A stretch of 64,000 bases of DNA from Paecilomyces variotii (taxonomy: Eukaryota). A program made the translations under genes and the position numbers. Location: assembly GCA_004022145.1 (NCBI GenBank), contig RCNU01000028.1; one strand, given 5' to 3'. Of the stretch, positions 27,821 to 40,111 are shown piece by piece. Below the pieces are notes generated by a model, which was not told the DNA's origin, ran no database searches, and was given only the letters and a program-made list of their open reading frames with translations. Every line of letters starts with the position of its first letter. The stretch's first letter is position 1.

Positions 27821-30800
27821 ATATTTATAGGCCCTTTTATTAATATTAATTAGCTATCTTTTAATAAATTACTTTATACTTATAATATTTATACTTTTTA
27901 TAAAGGGTTATAATAATTTTTTTTTACTTTTTTTTATTATTAATAATTATATAATAAGGCTAATTTTATTATACTTTCTAGAAAAATATATTATCTTATA
28001 TTATATACTTTAGGGCCTCTTTTTTAAATTTAATATACTATTCTTTATTTATATTATCTAGTTTTATTATAGTTTATAATTATTCTATAATTAATAAAGA
28101 CTTTTCTAATTAATATAATATAGGTATTAACTAAGAGATACTATTTAATTTTATTTCTTATATGCTAATATAATAGACTATATAAAACTATAGGTCTAGG
28201 AATTTCTCTATATTATTATCTTTTGCCTTTTTTAAGTCTTACTCTATTATTAGCTTCTAAGATAACTTATCTATAATTAAGTTTTTTTTCCCTAATATAT
28301 AGATAATATTAAAGTTAAATAGCTAAATTTAAATAATCTATTAAGTAATTATTAACTTAAGAAGGTTTATAGCTATTTTATTTAATTATATAACTAGAGA
28401 TTTTATATTTACTTTTAATTAAAAATATATATTATATAGATATATTTAAAATTTATAAAGTGCTTTTAATACTGCTTTATACTTTAGCTTTTTTTTATTA
28501 TATTACCTCTTTACCTATATTTATACTTTACTTTTATATTTAGCTAAATATCTCTTATTAAACTTCTTTTCTTTTTAAGTAAGTTATACTCTCTATTTAT
28601 TATTATTAGTATTAGTATTAATAATAATTATATCTTTCTCTCTATAATTAATTAGCTTAAATATTAATACTATTATTAGGGCTATTTTTAAAATATCTAT
28701 TATTTCTTATTATTTTAGCCTTTAAAAGAAGTCTTATCTCTTTCTTAATATTAAGTATATTAGCTTAGCTTTAATAGTATATTCTTTAATCTATATCTAA
28801 TAATAGGCTATAACTCTTAGAAATCCTCTTACTTTTTATAAGTTTTAATAAGGTAGTTATTCTAAGATCTTAATTACCTTAATTAACTTAAGATATCTTC
28901 TCTTAGTATTATATATATAGCTTACTACTTTAATTTTTAGTACTATAAATTATAATTTCTCTCTAATAATTATTAAACCTATAAGTTTAAGACTATATAG
29001 TATTTTATTAATATTCTAAATATATTTAAATATAAACCTTCTAATTTTTAATAGTATTTCTTTCTCTCTATAATTAGTTTTAAGTCTTTATATTAGTATA
29101 TTATCTAGAAATATATTATAGATATTAGAAATATTATCTGCTAATACTTTTATAACTTCTTATATAAACTCCTATACTATATTTATCTATTCTTAAAATA
29201 GTTTAGCTTAATAAATTAAACTAATCTTTAATATATAGAAAGCTATAAAGTCTTATAATTTCTTAGTTAACTTTAATTAATTATATTTAGAGAATAAGTT
29301 TATAAGTATTAATACTAGTATTTTATTAAATTTTTTTAAGAACTTATTAGCTAAAGAGAGTAAATTAATATTTTATATTATTACTTAATTAACTTTTATA
29401 GCTATATTAATTAGCTAATATTTACTGTTTTTTTTTTATTAAGAATTATAGATTTTAATAGGGTCTTTAACTATATTTAAGAATTCTTATATTTATCTTC
29501 TTTTTTACTATTTCTTATACTATACTATAGAGTATCTTTAGTATTAGGAAGCTTTTTACCTACTATAGTTTATAATTTATAGTTTAAATAATAATTAAAG
29601 GTATAACTTCTAGGTATATTTATTTAATCTTTTTAAAGATTTAAGTAAGGGCTATTTCTTAAGTAAAAAGTACTTTTATTAATAGTTCTTTCTTTTTTAG
29701 TTATAAATTATTATCTATAATAAGGTTCTTTAAATAGTCTAATATTAGTTTTATTTCTCTCTTAATATTTAATATCTTTAGCTAAATATATTTAGTAAAT
29801 TCTCTATATATTTTTTTTATACTTTTTTAAGGGTTCTTATAATAGCGCTTCTTAATAATTTCTTTTTATTTTAATAATCTCTTTAAAGTTACTATAAGTC
29901 TATTTAATATATTTACTAAATAAACTTTTTTATATTTCTTTTTATACTATATATTAATAGAATATTTTATTTTTATAGTAAAAAGGTTATACTTTCTAAA
30001 TAGTTTATACTCTTATAACTTTTTAATTTCTTTATTTAATTTAATAAGTTTAAATATCTTTACCTCTTTATTTTTAATTTTTTTACTCGCTTTAAAGCTA
30101 ATATTATTTATTAAATATAGTTTCTATAGACTTTCTTTATTCTTAATTTAATATCTATTATTTCTTTCTAGCTTTAATTTAATAATTCTTATACCTAAGA
30201 TAATAGATTATATAATACTTCTTCTCTTAATTTATTTCTTAGGTTATTTATTAAAAATACTTATATTACTGCCTAATTCTTTTAGTCTATAGAATAAATT
30301 ATGCTTTTTACTATTTTATTAAATAAGGCTATATATCTTAAGTATACTTAATATTCGAATAGTTATTCTAAGATATAGTTATAATTAATCCTATTATTTA
30401 TTATAAAAAAAAGGACCTTATAATAAAAGAATTTTACCTATATAAGTACTTCTTTATAGAGACCTATAAAAGAAGTTTATCTATTATTTACTAAAATTAT
30501 ATTATCTCTAAACTTTTAGCTAATAATAAGCTTATAGTAATTTATTATATCTCTATATATTATATTAATTTTAACTTCGCTATCTATTATAATATTTTAT
30601 AGCTTTTTATATTTATTAATTTTAATAAGTAGTTTTAGAGTTATAGCTATATATAATACTTTATTATTATTAAGAGATTTAAGTTATAATAATATATAAG
30701 TATACTAGTCTAAACTATTTACTATATACTTTATATTAAATATTAAAGTATTAAACTATATAGCTTTAAAGTTATAAAATAATACTTTAATTATTACTAG

Positions 30801-31199
30801 TTATAGTTAAGGAATAAATAAGGCTTTATAAAGCCTAGAAGCGGGATATAGCTCGGCCCAGCCGGGGCTAAGCTTAGCTTACCTGAAAAGCTCAGCCCAC
30901 CTAAGAAAAATCTAGGTTCAGCTCAGATACTAAGTTAGTTTCAGTATAGTATTTAGGTGGGCTTAGCATATATATAGCTTATATAACTTACAATAAAGTT
31001 TTTATATTATATTGCAGTAAACTATATTTGTCAGAAACTATATATAACATATGCTCTATACTATATTACAGCATATGCTGAGCGTAGGTTAGAGTAATGC
31101 TAAGATATATACAGGGAGCTAGAACTAATATTATTCTGCGCGGTTTATTAAGGCGGTATATATAAAGGCGGTTATTAAGCATATGCTAAAGCAATGTTA

Positions 31200-32990
31200 G
31201 AATCCTGTTGCATAGAAGTTTGCATTATTTATATTATCTTTAACCTCCTTAATAATACCTTCGCCCTGCCTCTATAGCACTATAGTTTACTCTCTTATAT
31301 TACTGCTATATAACTATAAAAATGCCGCTGTATTTAAAAGAACTCCTTACCTATAATACAGTTTTATCAGCAGATAATCTAACAAACTATAAATATTACT
31401 ATAGTAAGTATATCTCCGCTTAATATTAAGCATATACTAAATAAAAATAGGCCCAGTTCTTAACCTAAATCTAATATAGATCCTAGACTTACACACCGCA
31501 GCCAAGCAGGAAAATAAAAAATCTAGTAAGTAGATATTGCGCATATACTAGAAGCATACTAAATATAGACAGTGCCTGCGATTACCGCTGAGAAAAACGC
31601 CTATATATTAACCCCTAAGTCTTCTATCTTAAGCGTAAACAGGAACATATAAGTCCTTTCTTTAAAATTAACTGAGTATATACTGAGCTTCTATAGTTGC
31701 TAGGTATAGATAAATATAAATAACCTACTTATATACAGTAAGGTTATTAATTTGCAGCCTACTATAAGTCTAATATAAGTTCTGCATATATATAATATAC
31801 TAACAGTTAAAGTTATAACACTATATAAGGACCGCATACCCGAGGGCGAGTATATTATTATCCTTAATATATACTAGATATATACTAATCTGCTATAGTA
31901 TTAAACTGCAGTGCAGAGACTAGTAATATAACTATAGATAAAAAGATAATTAAGCTATAATAAGTTTAGGATCTATTCCGCATATACTAGAGCTATACTA
32001 ATAATATATAGTATACTAATTAAATATATTTTGCTCAGCAAGTAGCAAGATGCTAATTTTATTTATAAACTATAGTAAGTCTTAGGCATATGCAGAGCTT
32101 ATATTAAGCTAATATTTCTTCTAGTACAAGAAGTATACTAATTAAGAGTATTATTATATCCTATAAAGAAATAGCTTATATTAATAATAAGTTCAGAAAC
32201 AGCTATAAGAGCTAGTTTTATTAGAGAGTAAGTTTAGTATATGCTAATATATAAATAGGATCTATATGCTATCTTCTTTGCTATTTATATTGCTATTTAT
32301 ATTGCTATTTATATATAACTTATAACTCTTAGTAGGCTTTTTAGATATATTTAATATATGCCTAATATTAACTTTAATTAATCTTAGCCTTTATTCTAGT
32401 ATCCTATACCTTTATTAACCCTATCTTATAAGCGCGCAGTAAGTATACCTCTACCTATATTATATATATGCTAACCTTATATAAACCGGAAATATTTTAT
32501 TACCGTAAGATAATAATAACAGAAGTAATAATAAGTAGCCTTCTAATTTATCCTGCGTATATATTAAACTAGGTTATAATATAAGTCTTACCTTAACTCT
32601 ATTAAAGCACAGATAGTTTATATCTTATAATAAATATGCGAGTAGATATACTATTAATAAAGAAACACTAACTAAACTAGAATATAGCTATACTTATAGT
32701 TATAGCTATAAATATTCTTATAGCACTAATAGCCGCAGTGCTAAGTTTATTAATAAATTTTTCCCTTTTATATACAGAGTATATACTGAGTTTATATCTA
32801 TAAGTTATAATCTTCTCTTTTAAGGATAAGTTTTTAAAGGCCTTAAATATATAGATATTTAAGCCCAGCTCTCCCCTAAGCATATATTTAATGCCGAACT
32901 TTAGTTCAATACTAAACTCTTATATTTAAAGATTATTAATGCCGAACTTCGGTTTAATACTAAGTTCTTATACTTAAAGATTATTTTTCT
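31200..32990 (-). pseudogene. Relic ORF-L of TIR element copy 1 (unknown product; boundaries approximate)
   Basis: The ORF-track fragment 32677-32883 is homologous to 50970-51176, and copy 2 reads on with RIP-type stops. Confidence 0.45.
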
Positions 32991-33190
32991 ATATCTTTAA
33001 ATAATTGCAATATAATATTCTTTATTTTTTTATTTATTCTTATTATAGGGGAAAAGGAAATATATATATATATTTACTATATAACTATAGCTATATAGAT
33101 ATATATATTTATTATATAAACTACTGTAATAATCTTTCTCTTTCTTACTTAAATTCTTATTGCCTTTACTCTATTATTTCTCTTAATTAA

Positions 33191-36100
33191 ATAGCAAAAT
33201 CAGTCTCTGCTATTTCTTCTAATAAGGGTCCTCTGCTATAGTATATATAAGCTCTATTCTATCTAGAATCTATACTTAACTCCTAAATAATATATGCCAG
33301 ATATAGAGTTAGTATATGCTCTAGATTAGAATTAGTAGAGCTATCTGAATCTAATAAAGGGGTTTAAACCCTTCTAGGTATTAGGATAGTATTAAATTAA
33401 ACCTGGCCTTAAATATAACCAGAATCTCTAGGTCTACCCCTTCCTTAACCTCTATTTAGCATATGCTCTTTACTTAATCTGCGTTAAGAAATGTGATCTG
33501 AGTCTAATTCTTTAGAGCTTAGCTTAGTCTGCTTAGTCCTAGATTAAACCTGGCTCTGACAATAACCAGAACCTCTAGGTCGACCCCTTCCTTAATCTCT
33601 ATTCGGCATATGCTCTGCACTTAATCTGTGTTAAGAATAACAATCTGAGTCTAATTCTTCAGAGCTTGGCTTAGTCCGCTCAGTCTTAGATTAAACCTAG
33701 CTCTAATAATAACTGGAACCTCTAGGTCGACCTCTTCCTTAACCTCTGTTCGGCATATGCTCTGCACTTAATCTGCGTTGAGAATAACGATCTAAGTCTG
33801 ATTCTTCAGAGCTTAGCTTAATCTGCTTAGTCCTAGATTAAACCTAGCTCTGACAATAACTGGAACCTCTAGGTTAACCCCTTCCTTAACCTCTGTTCGG
33901 TATATACTCTGCATTTAATCTGTATTGAGAATAATAATCTAAGTCTAATTCTTTAGAGCTTGGCTCAGTCCGCTTAGTCTTAGATTAAACCTGGCTCTGA
34001 TAACAACCGGAACCTCTAGGTCGATCCCTTTCTTAATCTCTTCCTTGACCTCTATTCGGCATATGCTCTGCACTTAATCTATGTTGAAAATAACAATCCG
34101 AGTCTAATTCTTTAGAGCTTGGCTCAGTCTGCTCAGTCTTAGATTAAACCTGGCTCTAATAATAACCGGAACCTCTAGGTCGACCCCTTCCTCAACCTCT
34201 GCTTAGTATATGCTCTATAGATGTTTTATCTCTAGCCGGTATATATTCAGCAGAAGGTTTAGATGAGGATATTGAAATAACCTTAAAATTAGCATTTTTA
34301 TTAGAAGATCGATTATTACTATTATCTAAAGATATATTATAGGGATTATTAGGATTAAATAGTAAATAAGATTAATTCATTTAATAATTAGCAGCTCTTT
34401 AATTCTATTAGTCTAAAAGATATATTTAGCATATGTTTAAAGGCATATTAAATTTTTATCTTACTATTTTTCTGCATCTGTTAAGAGATCCGCATAGTAT
34501 TACTATAGTTTTGCTATATATTATTAATATTATAGCTAAAAAGCTCTTATTATTTAGTAATATCTTCTATATATTATTATAGACTAAATATAAATTAGCC
34601 TTATTAGTATTTAATCTATGCTAGACAGATGCTAAGCATATGCTAAGTATAGATATACTATTAAATAGCCCCTAGTAAAGATAGGTTTCTCCCTATATTA
34701 TAATTATCTTAGAAGTAACTACTTTCAGATAATCTAATATGCTTTTAAGTATAACTCTACTATTTAAAAAGGATTTTTAATATTTCCTATAATAATATAG
34801 TAAGAATCTATAGTTTTATTTTACTTTAAAGCCATTTTTTAATATCTAGATATTCCTTACCCTATTAGTGTATAGTTTGAAGGATTTCTTAGTAAGAATA
34901 TAGATCCTATAGATATTTCAGTTAATAGATAAGGAGATAAGATCTTTTAAACTTTTTACGGAAATTGCGTTTAATATATATTTAGCAAAAGATAAGTATA
35001 TGCTTAAGATATTCTTACTAGTTAAGGGAAGGATAAATAGAATACAAGTAGTTATTAAAACCTAAATATACTTAGTATATACTCTGCATCTATTAAGATA
35101 ATACTAACTAAGTGCTTATTTCTTATATATATCTATAGTAATAGTCTGTATCCCTTCTCTATTTAAAATATGTGCCCATTAAATATATTAATATGCAGCT
35201 TATAATAATATTTAAAATAGTAATTCAAATATTTAAAAATATATGTAATAAGTTTATAGAGAGATAAAAGCATAGCAATAAGTATCGATCCCTAACATAA
35301 AGTTAGCATATGCTAAATGTATAATAAGGAGAAGTTAAACATATATCTAGCTTCAGAATTCTAGCTTAAGATTAAAAAGATATTTATATTTCTAAGTATT
35401 ATCTTATAAGCTAAATCTATTTTAAGATATTTAGCTTTTATAAATACTTTTACTTAAGCATTTATATAATAAATAATAATATATTCTCCAGTTTTACTAA
35501 TATTAACTATATAAATCTATTATTTGTTACTTTCTCTGCATTAGTTAAACTTATACTCTCACATAACCCCTATATAGTATTAATATATGCAAAATATATA
35601 GTAAGAATAGATTCTAACCAGCAATATCTAAATTAAATAAGTATTGCAGAAGTTTTTGTTTTTAAATTAAATAAGCAATTTTATCCTTAATATTTAAAGA
35701 AGCTCTAATTGAATTTAGAGCTTAACCTTAATACTTTTATTTAAACGCATATACTTTAGGAGATATTAAGAATTTATCTATAAGTATTTAGTTAGCATAT
35801 GCAGAATGCAGGCTTAAGGTATATATAATATACGCGCAGTTATAATAAGAATATCTCCTTAGTTAATTAGATCTGTAAGTTCTTAAGCAAAATCTTAACT
35901 CAACTTAGTTGATAACAGAAGAAAATATATATAATCTTCTTAATAAATAAGAAGGATAAAAGGAAAATAATCTTAATTATAAGGAATAAAAATATTAATT
36001 AAAGTATTATATTCTTTATATAAGACTTTAGATATATCTTAAGAATAGTTAAATCTTAAACCTATAATTAGTATATGCCTAGTATATATAGAGTAAATAC

Positions 36101-37500
36101 CTACTGCAAGTTGTATGCCTTAAAGTAGTATAGTTAATATAGGTATAAGTAGATTAAATAGGAGTATTAATACTATATATTCTATAAGCTACTAAGATAT
36201 ACAGATAAAGCATATAAATTTAAGCTATATATATAGAAATAGCTTATATAATATACTATAATTTAAAATTACTTGCTAATAGGCAACTAATAAAGGTAAC
36301 TAGTAGCTAAGGATATATTTAACATATGCTAAGATTAAATATAGAGTTAAACTTATTTTATGCCGTTTAAAGATTACTAGAGTTTAATTTAAGCATACCT
36401 ATATTTTACTTTCTAGATAAAAATAATGCTCTGCTAATTGTTAATTCTAAAAATAAAAAAATCTATTATATTAATTTTTAGTTTCTCTTTTAAGAAATTT
36501 ACTAGCAGAAGTAGTATTAGATACATAGCCTGCTTCTTTATAAAGCGTTTTAAAGATATTTAGTTTAATATAGCTATATTTATAGCATTATCTAAGCATA
36601 TGCTCCGGCATATACTTGCAATATTTAATACCGCTGCATTTATATGCCTAATAATATGCCTTACTTTAAATTTTGTCCTTTTTATCCTTTTAAAGAAGTA
36701 GGAGAGATAAGGTCTTATAATTGCCTTAAGTATAGAGCCTAAACTAGATCTAAGCTATACTTAGTATATGCTTATAATATATTAAATATCTGCTTAAGAT
36801 AAGGTATAGATATACCTTTAATAAAAGTTATTGAAATATTTAATAGATATTTATACTAGAATAATTATAAAGTAAAGGATTCTTTTAGTAGATAAAATGC
36901 AAGATACTATTAAAATAAGTTATTAGATATTTAAGAATAGATAATTTATTCTGAACATTATTAACTATAATCTCAGAGATATTACTACGGCTAATAATAA
37001 TGCCTATAAGAGAAATAGCCTCCTAGATATATTTAGTATATGCTCTGCTAAAACTTATATAAAAAGAATATATCTAATTAAGTCCTATATAAAGAGGAAA
37101 TTTAAGATATATCTTAAATTTTTTATTTTTGCTTTTTATATAGGAATAGATACTGCTTTAATTACTTATTATATCCTTAAACTAGTTTAAATATACTTTA
37201 TAAAGATTATAGTTCTATATAAGTTTGCTCTATAATAAGTTAGTATTTAGTTTAAATATAATAGATGCTAAGTATATGCTTAGCGTCTGCTAGGCCTCTA
37301 TAAGAATTATATTAATATACCTAAATAGGAATATTATGCAGCTATTAACTAAGAATGCTATTAACTTAGCTATTAGTTATAATTACTTAGTTCTTAGCTA
37401 TTTTTAAGTATTTAAGGAAAAAGTAATAATACTTAGCTTTATATTAGCTATTATATATATATATATTGCAAATTCTAAAGAGTTTTATTATATAAATATT
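33191..37500 (+). pseudogene. Relic ORF-R of TIR element copy 1 (~1,400 codons, candidate transposase; no motif recognised)
   Basis: ATA (from ATG) GCA AAA TCA GTC... The same frame passes through the 49-codon repeats into DVLSLAGIYSAEGLDEDIEI at 34220. Frame continuity further 3' is less certain. Confidence 0.45.
33394..34217 (+). repeat. Tandem repeat, 147-bp unit, ~5.5 copies
   Basis: Units start at 33394, 33541, 33688, 33835, 33982 and 34141 (the fifth has a 12-bp internal duplication). Confidence 0.93.
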
Positions 37501-40111
37501 ATTATTAATCCTTAAATAGGCTAATCTTATATTAATTATGCAATCGGCTTATACTAAGCTTATACTTAATCTGTGTATAAGGTGGGTTAAGCTCAACCTA
37601 GCCAAGGATAAGCTCTAGGGTAGGCTAAGCTCCTAGGGTGGGCTAAGCTCGGCCCCGGCTGGGCCGAGGTATATGCCCGCCTAGAAGATAATCTAATAAG
37701 GTCTTTAATAGATATTTAAACTTTAGTATTTAGAATCTAGTTTATAATATCTACTATATCTATAGTTCTCTTTAGTTTATTTACTATTTTAAACTTTTTT
37801 AGAGATAGTTTTTCTTTTATCTTAATTATTTTCTTGCTTTTATCTAGTTTAAGTATTTTTTTTATATTTTTATCTATTACTCTTACTTACTTAGTTGCAT
37901 TTAATAGCTAATAATTATTAAACTAGTTTATTTTAATTAAGGAGAATTTTTACTTTTATTTAATTACTCTTTGCAGTTTTTCTTTATATTATTATTTAAT
38001 CTTATTTTATCTTTTTTTTATTCTTTAAGGCTTCTTTAATCTTATTATATTAATTAAATAGTAATTTTCTATAATATCTTTAGCTTCTTCCTTAAAGCTT
38101 AAATTATTATTAGTTTATTTTAGTATAATAAACTATATATTATATTTAACTAAATTAACTTACTTTTATTTCTTCTTTAATCTCTATTTAATAATTACCT
38201 TTTATAATATATTTCTTTAAATAAGGCGAATAACTTCTCTATTTTGCCTTTTTAGTTTAAAGTAAAGTTTATAGTTTTTTTCCTAATAAATAAATTTCTA
38301 ATTTAAGAGGTTTTTTAAATTTAAGTAATAAGATTAAATATAATTAAGAGCCTAATAAAAGTTATATAAGTTTAGAGGAATTTTAAATCTTTTAACTAGT
38401 ATAAATCTTAAAGGTACTTTAACTTATATATTTATACTAGTATTAGGTATGCTAATATTAGGCTTTTTTATATACTGTATACTATATAGCTTTAATTTCT
38501 TAAACTCCTTTATTAATTAATTAATCTATAACTATTTTACTAACTTTATCTTAGTAATTTATTATATAGACTTATTCTTAACCTTATTAAAGTAAGTTTT
38601 ATTAAGTTTAATAAAAAGTTAAGTATTATCTTCTTCTATTATTTTCTCTTTTATTAAAACTGTTATTTCTTAATTATTTTTAGGTTTATTATTATTAAGA
38701 TAATAAAGAGTTTCTATAGTTTTTACTTTATCTACTATTTTTTTATAGAATTTTATATATTTAATAGTAGCAGGGGTCTAATAGTCTATATTTAGCTCTT
38801 AAACTACTTATTACTTAAACTCCTCTAAAAGTCCTTAAAGATATTAAACTCCCTGTAAGTATTAACTTAATTTACCTAATATTACTAAAGCTTCTAATAT
38901 AGCTTAATATTCTTAATTATATTTTTTTAGGTCCTTAAAGCTATTATATCTTATATTCTTAAACTTTTCTAGCTATTAAATATTATATTTCTTTTAATAC
39001 TTATTATAATAAGTATATTCTTATTTAATTACTTCTGCTAATTTTAGATAATTCTTTTTCTTATATTTAAGTTAAGTACTTATCTATAATAATACTAATA
39101 GGCTATAATAATCTATAAATTATTCTGTCTTTTTTACTTCTAGAAGTTAATTTACTTTATATAATCTTTTAAAAAGCCTTAGGTAATAAGTAATATTATT
39201 ATCTTTAAAATAAAGTACTCTTAAATTTCTAGGTATTAGTATTTATAAGGCTAATATAACTTAAATTAGCTGCACTATTAATAGTCTTATATTCTTTAGT
39301 ATTTAAGCTATTTATATCTTTAAACTTAATAATACTAAAGAGCTAAAAGTCTTTTTACTTTAATTAATATTAAAAAGATTTATACTTTTTTTTATATTTT
39401 TTTAAATAAATAGTAATAAAGATAATAATAAGAAATTCTTCTACTTTTTATTAAATAATTCTTGCTTTTTAACTTTTAATTCTCTTTAAATTTTTACTTC
39501 TCTTTTATATTCTTTAAGCTCTTTTTTTAGCTTAGCTATTCTTTCTTCCTCTTATTAATAATATATATTCTTAATCTATTTTATATTTATTATCTCTACT
39601 AATTTATAAGATATATTTATTTTTTTTTATTTATAGTAGTAATCGCCCTTAATTATTTTATTTATCTTTTTACTGCTATTTATTTCTTTCCTTAGCTTTA
39701 TTCTTAACCTTAACTCTTAATTTTTTTTTCTCCCTTATTTCTGCTTAATATTTAAATATCTCTTATATTTAACTCTATTTTTATTATAGGAAGATATATT
39801 AAGACTTAATATAAAGTCTTTAAGCGAGTAAGTATTAAGAAAGAAGAGAAAAGTATTTAACTTTAAAGCTTAGAGTAAAGTTAAAAGAGAAGCTTTAGCT
39901 ATAAATTAATATAATAAACTAATAATAATCTAATACTAAACTAATATTAAATAATAATAAAAAGATAAAGCTAATTATTTTATTCTGAATAATTAAAAGG
40001 TTTATTTTATTTTTTCCTTTACTACTTTACTTATAGACTTTTAAAGACTTTAAGTAAAAGCATATAATCTCTTAACTAATTATATTCTTCGCGCTAATTC
40101 TCCTTACTATA

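Larger units (their letters stand above)
30842..37679 (+). mobile_element. Unclassified TIR DNA transposon, copy 1 (6,838 bp)
   Basis: ~42-bp imperfect TIRs (CGGG-ATATAGCTCGGCCCAGCCGGGGC / CGGGCATATACCTCGGCCCAGCCGGGGC) and 8-bp TSD CCTAGAAG (30834-30841, 37680-37687). The empty site is visible in copy A at ~16241, and a second copy lies at 46681-53011. Confidence 0.9.
27821..40111 (-). mobile_element. Gypsy copy E (RH, RT, PR, gag, 5' LTR 39782-40111), interrupted by TIR element 1
   Basis: Colinear with copy A on both sides of 30842-37679; ends in rc LTR ...CCTTACTATA at 40111. Confidence 0.85.

Noticed and set aside
33394-34217. CRISPR-like appearance of the regular repeat array
   Set aside because: Whole 147-bp units repeat with no unique spacers, the context is eukaryotic, and there are no cas genes.
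30842-37679. Starship or tyrosine-recombinase element
   Set aside because: Too small, has TIRs with an 8-bp TSD, and shows no recognisable captain gene or cargo.
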